Positions 25,009 through 30,207 of a stretch of DNA of 30,207 nucleotides are shown here, one piece after another. The notes below the pieces were generated by a model. The model did not search any database and had not been told where the DNA came from. It saw only the letters and a program-made list of their open reading frames with translations. The stretch's first letter is position 1. Each line of letters opens with the position of its first letter. Origin of the DNA: Candidatus Sericytochromatia bacterium (GTDB lineage Bacteria > Cyanobacteriota > Sericytochromatia > S15B-MN24 > JAQBPE01); NCBI GenBank assembly GCA_040400605.1, contig JBBAPZ010000029.1, positions 1 through 30,207 on the forward strand, given 5' to 3'. Position numbers and translations under genes: made by a program.

Positions 25009-25758
25009 ATGAACAGAAGATTAGAAGGAAAAGTTGCAGTGATCACTGGCGCTGCAGGCAATATAGGACAGGCAACTGTTTTGCGTTTTCTCGAAGAAGG
25101 CGCATGTGTGGTTGCAGTCGACCACAACGCAGCTGGACTCCAAGCAATTGGTTCGAGCGATGACAATTTTCTGGCCATTGCAGCAGATGTGACTTCTGAA
25201 TCTGATGCGTTGAGGGTTGTAGATCAGGTCATTGAGCGCTTTGGCAGGATCGACGTATTCTTTGCCAATGCGGGTTTTGAAGGCGTTGTGAGGAATCCGC
25301 TTGACTATCCGATTGATGCATACGAACGCATCATGAACGTGAATGTGAAGGGTGTTTTTATTGCTATGAAACATATCGCACCAAAAATGAGCGATGGTGG
25401 AAGTTTCATTGTGACTTCGTCAATCATGGGACTCATTGGCGTCGCGCTGAACGCGCCCTATGCTGCCAGTAAGCACGCCGTCGTGGGGCTCATGAAATCT
25501 GGCGCTATTGCTTTCGCACCTCGAAAGATCAGATTTAATTCAATTCATCCGGGGCTGGTGCAGAGCGAAATGTTCAACCGACTCGTACAAGACCACGAAG
25601 ATCCTGACGCCAAACGCAAGGCAGCGTTGTCAAGCATCAAGCTGGGCAGATGGATTCTTCCAAGCGACATTGCAAGTGCCGCGGTATTTTTTGCAAGCGA
25701 TGACAGCAGTATGGTCACGGGTCAGACGCTGGCCATCGAAGGCGGGCAGCTTTTATGA
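25009..25758 (+). CDS. Classical SDR oxidoreductase (secondary alcohol dehydrogenase-like)
   Basis: TGAAGNIG, NAG, YAASKHA, NSIHPG. Confidence 0.94.
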   Translation: MNRRLEGKVAVITGAAGNIGQATVLRFLEEGACVVAVDHNAAGLQAIGSSDDNFLAIAADVTSESDALRVVDQVIERFGRIDVFFANAGFEGVVRNPLDYPIDAYERIMNVNVKGVFIAMKHIAPKMSDGGSFIVTSSIMGLIGVALNAPYAASKHAVVGLMKSGAIAFAPRKIRFNSIHPGLVQSEMFNRLVQDHEDPDAKRKAALSSIKLGRWILPSDIASAAVFFASDDSSMVTGQTLAIEGGQLL

Positions 25759-25871
25759 GTTGGCCAGTTGTCACTTTTGGCGCCTACATTTCGAGACGCC
25801 GTTTGCGTCTGTCAATGGCCAGCCATGCATAAAAATTTGCCAATTGCCATGTACTTTCTTCTCAAAATTCA

Positions 25872-27302
25872 ATGACTTTTACCGAAAATTCAACTGAGGT
25901 TCGAATCGTCATCATTGGTGCCGGTTTTGCTGGGTTGTGCATGGCTGTAAACCTTCTCAAACAAGGAGAAAAGAACTTTGTCGTGGTAGAGCGTGCTAAA
26001 GATATAGGGGGCGTTTGGCGGGATAACGTCTATCCTGGCGCTGCATGCGATATACCGGCAGTCTTGTACTCCTACTCTTTTGAACAAGACTATCCTTGGT
26101 CAGAGGCATATCCACAGCAAAAGGAAATCTTGGGGTACATGTTGTACATCGTGGAAAAGTACAACCTGAAAAACCATCTCAGATTTGGCATCAACATTTC
26201 AACAGCCGAATTCAACGAAAGCACTGCCAAGTGGTCTGTAGGAACACCAGAGGGCAAACGGCTCTCGTGTGCCATTTTGATTCCTGCAATTGGAATCTTC
26301 AATCACCCCGTTACCCCTTCAATCGAAGGAATAGCCGAATTCGAAGGCGCGGTCCTGCATTCAGCTCAATGGCCACAGAATACTGTTTTCGAAGGTAAGC
26401 GTGTAGCTGTCATCGGTACAGGCGCCAGTGCAATTCAGATCGTTCCAGAGGTGGCGAAACACGCCAAGGAATTGACTGTTTACCAGCGCTCGGCCCCATA
26501 TGTCCTGCCCAAAGCGACGATCAACATGAGTGATGCACTGACGGAACGCGCCAGAGTGTTCGGTGAACTCGAGAAGGTGGCTCGGAGTCGTTCAGATTTC
26601 GCAATGACAGCCAAGGCCCAGTCGGGTTTCCTGGCCTATCTGACCGATCAGGTGCCTGATCCTGTGCTTCGCAGCCAGTTAACACCTTCATACATCATGG
26701 GTTGCAAGCGAACGCTGTTTTCCAATCACTGGTATCCAGCGCTCCAGCGCGGCAATGTGCATCTAGAGACTGAATCCATCAAAAAGATAACCGCCAATGA
26801 AATTCTTTTGAAGGATGGCACCAAGCGGCAGATTGATTGCATTGTTTTTGCAACGGGATTCAATCCTTCCAATTACCTTCAAGGCATCAAGGTCATTGGA
26901 TCCAAAAATACGCATCTCAGTGATGCATGGAGCCAAGGTGCGGAGGCTTATTTGGGAATCGCTGTTGCTGGGTTTCCAAACATGTTCCTCATGTATGGCC
27001 CCAATACCAACGTCGCAGGCAGCATCATCTATATGCTCGAATGCCAGGCTGAATTCATCATCAAGGCCCTGGCTTTAATGAAGAGCAAGGCCGCTAAAAG
27101 TATGGAAGTGACGCTCGACTCATACCGTGAATACAGCGATTTGATGCAAGATAAGCTGTCTGACTCCACGATAACAGCGGCAAATTGTCAAAGCTACAGT
27201 ATGAACGCCGCAGGGCGAGTTGTGACGAATTACCCAGGCACCAGCCTTGACTACCGACATGCGACGGAAAGCGTTGACTCAGCTTGTTTTCATCTCTCCT
27301 GA
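25872..27302 (+). CDS. Type I Baeyer-Villiger / group B flavin monooxygenase
   Basis: GAGFAG, GGVWRDNVYPGAACD, FxGxxxHxxxWP fingerprint (FEGAVLHSAQWP), GTGASA, ATGF. Confidence 0.93.
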   Translation: MTFTENSTEVRIVIIGAGFAGLCMAVNLLKQGEKNFVVVERAKDIGGVWRDNVYPGAACDIPAVLYSYSFEQDYPWSEAYPQQKEILGYMLYIVEKYNLKNHLRFGINISTAEFNESTAKWSVGTPEGKRLSCAILIPAIGIFNHPVTPSIEGIAEFEGAVLHSAQWPQNTVFEGKRVAVIGTGASAIQIVPEVAKHAKELTVYQRSAPYVLPKATINMSDALTERARVFGELEKVARSRSDFAMTAKAQSGFLAYLTDQVPDPVLRSQLTPSYIMGCKRTLFSNHWYPALQRGNVHLETESIKKITANEILLKDGTKRQIDCIVFATGFNPSNYLQGIKVIGSKNTHLSDAWSQGAEAYLGIAVAGFPNMFLMYGPNTNVAGSIIYMLECQAEFIIKALALMKSKAAKSMEVTLDSYREYSDLMQDKLSDSTITAANCQSYSMNAAGRVVTNYPGTSLDYRHATESVDSACFHLS

Positions 27303-27375
27303 GAGATGCGATTTACGCCGTTCAGCTTGGAGTTAAGAATACCCCCTCAACCGCACATTCATTTGGAGCTTGATC

Positions 27376-28347
27376 ATGATTTCGAACATACTCAATTCAT
27401 TGAGGATACTTGCTGCGGTCTTGATTGGCCTCCCGCTTCAGCCCGTCAATGCGCAAGAGTGGCCGAACAAGCCCATCCGGATCATCGTACCTCTCCCGCC
27501 AGGAGGTCCCAGTGACATTGTTTTGCGCAGCGCTGTTCCCAAGATGCAGCAGCTTCTCAAACAGGCGATCGTGATCGACAACAAACCGGGTGCCAACGGC
27601 AACGTGGGTACAGCGGAGGCTGTTCGAGCAGCGGGCGATGGCTACACATGGCTTTGGACCACAGACACGACGATCACGGTCAATCCCCACGTGTATGAAA
27701 AGATGCAGTTCAAAGCGACGGATCTGCAGCCTGTCATGCGCGCCACCGTTTTCAGTCAAACCTTGGTTTGCAATCCTCAGGTGGGTGTGAAAACTTTGGC
27801 CGAGCTGATCAAAAAGGCCAAGGAAGGCCCGATGAACTATGCATCAGGCGGTGCAGGCTCACCGGGGCATCTGACCACGGAGTTGCTCAGTGCCACCGCT
27901 GGTATTCAGATGAACCATGTTCCATACAAAGGGCCGGCACCTGCAGTGCAGGATATCTTGGGTGGACAGGTGCAATGCGGCTTCTTGGCGGGTCCTACAG
28001 TGTTGCCGCATATTCGTTCAGGCAAGTTGGTGGCACTGGCTGTCTCGGGATCAAGACGCTCACCGGTACTGCCCGAGGTGCCGAGCGTTGCAGAATCAGG
28101 TTTCCCGAATTTTGATGCGTCTTTCTCATTGGTGCTCTTTGCCCCGCGCAGTACGCCCGCCACGCTTGTACAAAAGATGCATGAAACCCTCAGTGCTGCG
28201 CTTAAAACCCCCGAAATGCTTGAAAGGTTGAATCAGACGGATCAAAGCATTGCCGCAAGTTCTTCCGAAGAAACCGTTACCCGCTTGGCACAAGATGCCT
28301 TGCGTTGGGGGGAAGTGGCCAAGCGCATTAACTTGCGTCTTGAGTGA
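27376..28347 (+). CDS. Bug/TctC substrate-binding protein 5 (orphan)
   Basis: RBS ggag, WPNKPIRIIVPLPPGGPSD, DNKPGANG, HVPYKG. Confidence 0.93.
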   Translation: MISNILNSLRILAAVLIGLPLQPVNAQEWPNKPIRIIVPLPPGGPSDIVLRSAVPKMQQLLKQAIVIDNKPGANGNVGTAEAVRAAGDGYTWLWTTDTTITVNPHVYEKMQFKATDLQPVMRATVFSQTLVCNPQVGVKTLAELIKKAKEGPMNYASGGAGSPGHLTTELLSATAGIQMNHVPYKGPAPAVQDILGGQVQCGFLAGPTVLPHIRSGKLVALAVSGSRRSPVLPEVPSVAESGFPNFDASFSLVLFAPRSTPATLVQKMHETLSAALKTPEMLERLNQTDQSIAASSSEETVTRLAQDALRWGEVAKRINLRLE

Positions 28348-28408
28348 GATAAACGGTCGACAAGGTCATTTTGATCAACAGGCAGCGTCTGGTTTATGGG
28401 GTCATTGC

Positions 28409-28435
28409 CGACCGGATTTGTCAAAAAATCGGTCG
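28409..28435. other. Stem-loop just inside the right direct repeat
   Basis: CGACC-g-GATTT-gtcaaa-AAATC-GGTCG. Outer arms atggg (28396..28400) and cccat (28441..28445) could extend it. Confidence 0.45.
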
Positions 28436-28448
28436 CGATTCCCATTGA

Positions 28449-28538
28449 CTTTGATGCGCTTGGGCGCGCACTTCGCCATTGGGTTCATGGGTTGCAAAAA
28501 TCACATCGGGCAGGATCGGCCCACGGCTGGGCATTGAC
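28449..28538 (+). repeat. Right copy of the 90-bp imperfect direct repeat
   Basis: 73/90 identical to 165..254. Includes the last 18 codons (with stop) of the intact DUF6671-type gene. Confidence 0.92.
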
Positions 28539-29342
28539 GGCACGCTGCTCCTGGTGGCTGCATTTTTTGCAGCCCCATATTTCTGCCTTAGCCAAACGGG
28601 TCAAGCTGCCACACGCGCGGCAGGGTAGACCCGGAATCTGCTGGCTGAGCCAGTAGCCCGGCGAGTCACAGCTTGGGCAGGCTGAAAGCAACTTTTGAAT
28701 GAGCTCTTCGGTGGCCTTGCGGATCATTTTTTGGCGAGTCGGGTTGCAAAAAGCCCGCAGATCGTTTTCTGCAAACACCACGCCATTGGCAGACTTGGCT
28801 TGGGCCAGATGAAAGGCCTTCAGCAGTGTTGCGTGATCACGGATGCCTTTGTCCATGTCGGGGTGCTCGGGGTGTTCGGGTCGCAGCACCAGATGGTGTT
28901 CAGGGAATCCGGCGTCTTTGGCAAAGCGCTCCAGCTCTTGCGGTGTTTTGACCATCCTGTGCAGGCTTTGGGCAGGGCCATGTGCAAAGCCAGTAACTTC
29001 AATCCCTGACAAACGATCGACCCACAACACAACCTCGGTGTTCCAGGGCATGAAGGCGCCAAAGGGGTCGGGGCCAAATGAGCCTTCGCTGGCCATGCCC
29101 ACAGACGCATCGGTCAATGCCATGCCAATGGTGGCCTTTTTTCTGGCTGCATCGAGCTGGGAGCCGGCACGGGTCAGCTCACGCGTGAAAGTGCCCAACT
29201 GGTCGGTGTCATAGCCGTCGGTGTGCACCAGCTGGCAGCCCAGGGCCGCTTCAAGTGGTCCGCGCACCAGGTCCTGTTTGCCGTGTTGTGTCAAGAAGGC
29301 CACTTGGCGATCTTGATAAAACAGAGGCGGTTGTGGGCTCAT
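28485..29342 (-). CDS. Conserved hypothetical protein (DUF6671-like) with four C-terminal CxxC motifs
   Basis: TQHGK, DTDQLGTF, ASEGSFGP, DLRAFCNPTR; CPSC, CRAC, CKKC, CDFC. Overlaps the sbtA stop by 4 nt. Confidence 0.8.
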   Translation of the reverse strand: MSPQPPLFYQDRQVAFLTQHGKQDLVRGPLEAALGCQLVHTDGYDTDQLGTFTRELTRAGSQLDAARKKATIGMALTDASVGMASEGSFGPDPFGAFMPWNTEVVLWVDRLSGIEVTGFAHGPAQSLHRMVKTPQELERFAKDAGFPEHHLVLRPEHPEHPDMDKGIRDHATLLKAFHLAQAKSANGVVFAENDLRAFCNPTRQKMIRKATEELIQKLLSACPSCDSPGYWLSQQIPGLPCRACGSLTRLAKAEIWGCKKCSHQEQRAVNAQPWADPARCDFCNP

Positions 29343-30207
29343 GTCAGCACCCTTTGCGCCACCGCCAAATAGACCGGAATGCCCAGCACGATGTTCAGCG
29401 GAAAGGTCAAACCCAAACTCAGGCCGAAATACAGCGCAGGCTTGGCTTCGGGCAAGGCGGTGCGCAACACGGCGGGCACGGCAATGTAAGAGGCGCTCGC
29501 GGCCAACACCATGAGCAAGGCGCCATCGCCTGGGCTCAGCTTCAAAACAACCGCCACACCCAGGGCCAGTGCCGCATGCACGATGGGGCCGAGCACGGCA
29601 TAGGCGATCAACACGGGCGACTGGCCTTTGACCTGGGGCAGGTTGCGCGCGGCCATCAAACCCATGTCCAGCAGGAAGAAGGCCAACATGCCTTTGAAAA
29701 GGTCCACCGAGAAGGGGGCCATGGCCTCTTTGCCAGCTTCGCCCGTGATCAGGCCGATCACCATGGCGCCCAGCAGCAGCAACTGCGCGCCATCGGTGAA
29801 GGACTCGTGCAAGATTTTGCCCACCGACGCACCATGAGGCGCGGCGTGCCCGCCCACTGCAGCTGCGCCACCCGTTTGCGGCACCACGCCCGAGGCCGTC
29901 TTGCGCCGCAGCGAATTGGCCAGCACCACCGCCAGGATGATCGCGGGCGACTCCATCAAGGCCATGGCCGCGGCCATGTGTCCGCCATAAGCCACGCCCT
30001 GGTTTTCCAGGGTTTGCACGGCCGTGACAAAGGTCACCGCGCTCACCGAACCATAAGTGGCGGCCACAGCGGCCGCGTCAAAGCCGGACACAAAACGCCG
30101 CAGCACGGCGTAACCAATGAGCGGGATGACGATGGCCAGCAAAACGGCCGCCGCCAGGCTGATGCCCACGCTGGCCGTCAGGCCCGATTGCGACAGCGCA
30201 AAGCCGC
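29339..30207 (-). CDS. sbtA: SbtA-family sodium-dependent bicarbonate permease, 5'-truncated by the window edge
   Basis: ATYGSVSAVTF, MALMESPAI, FLLDMG, ASASYIAVPA, TFPLNIVLGIP. Frame stays open to the window end (..GFALSQSGLTASVGISL..). Confidence 0.92.
   Translation of the reverse strand, partial: GFALSQSGLTASVGISLAAAVLLAIVIPLIGYAVLRRFVSGFDAAAVAATYGSVSAVTFVTAVQTLENQGVAYGGHMAAAMALMESPAIILAVVLANSLRRKTASGVVPQTGGAAAVGGHAAPHGASVGKILHESFTDGAQLLLLGAMVIGLITGEAGKEAMAPFSVDLFKGMLAFFLLDMGLMAARNLPQVKGQSPVLIAYAVLGPIVHAALALGVAVVLKLSPGDGALLMVLAASASYIAVPAVLRTALPEAKPALYFGLSLGLTFPLNIVLGIPVYLAVAQRVLT

Larger units (their letters stand above)
255..28448. mobile_element. Putative catabolic genomic island with no mobility gene visible
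   Basis: Bounded by the direct repeat. Content is entirely accessory catabolic, transport and regulatory genes, and base composition is uneven. No integrase or transposase ORF was recognised. Confidence 0.6.

Noticed and set aside
28741..28752. gggttgcaaaaa recurring inside the DUF6671-type gene
   Set aside because: Explained by the FCNP peptide occurring twice in the protein.
1..30207. CRISPR arrays, tRNA/rRNA genes, integrases, transposases, defence systems
   Set aside because: No regularly spaced repeats, RNA-gene signatures or matching ORFs were seen.

Overview
Betaproteobacterial (Comamonadaceae-like) chromosome window. About 28 kb (255..28448) of catabolic genes lie between two diverged copies of a 90-bp direct repeat (165..254 and 28449..28538, 73/90 identical by hand count). 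The repeat covers an SDR stop codon, a short intergenic spacer and the 3' end of a DUF6671-type gene downstream of sbtA. No integrase, transposase or tRNA is visible. Module 1 (1923..18068, divergent from an IclR gene) has 15 co-oriented genes: acetoin-dehydrogenase-like E1 alpha/beta, a stand-alone lipoyl domain with no E2 core or E3, a class III aminotransferase, an aryl-sulfate sulfotransferase without an evident signal peptide, TctBAC, a TauE/SafE (TSUP) transporter, two aldehyde dehydrogenases (one TsaD-like), a porin, an SDR, a Cys-type arylsulfatase and a VOC protein. Module 2 (18267..28347) has a LysR regulator, a group A flavin monooxygenase, two SDRs, a Baeyer-Villiger monooxygenase and four orphan Bug/TctC receptors. 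Two regulatory patterns can be read from the DNA: a three-copy operator motif in module 1, and a duplicated LysR box/promoter carrying a possible relic of the lysR 5' end. My best reading is an uncharacterised island for uptake and breakdown of sulfated or sulfonated (probably aromatic, amine-bearing) compounds; the substrate is inferred, not shown. Family assignments come from motifs and recall, not database searches.
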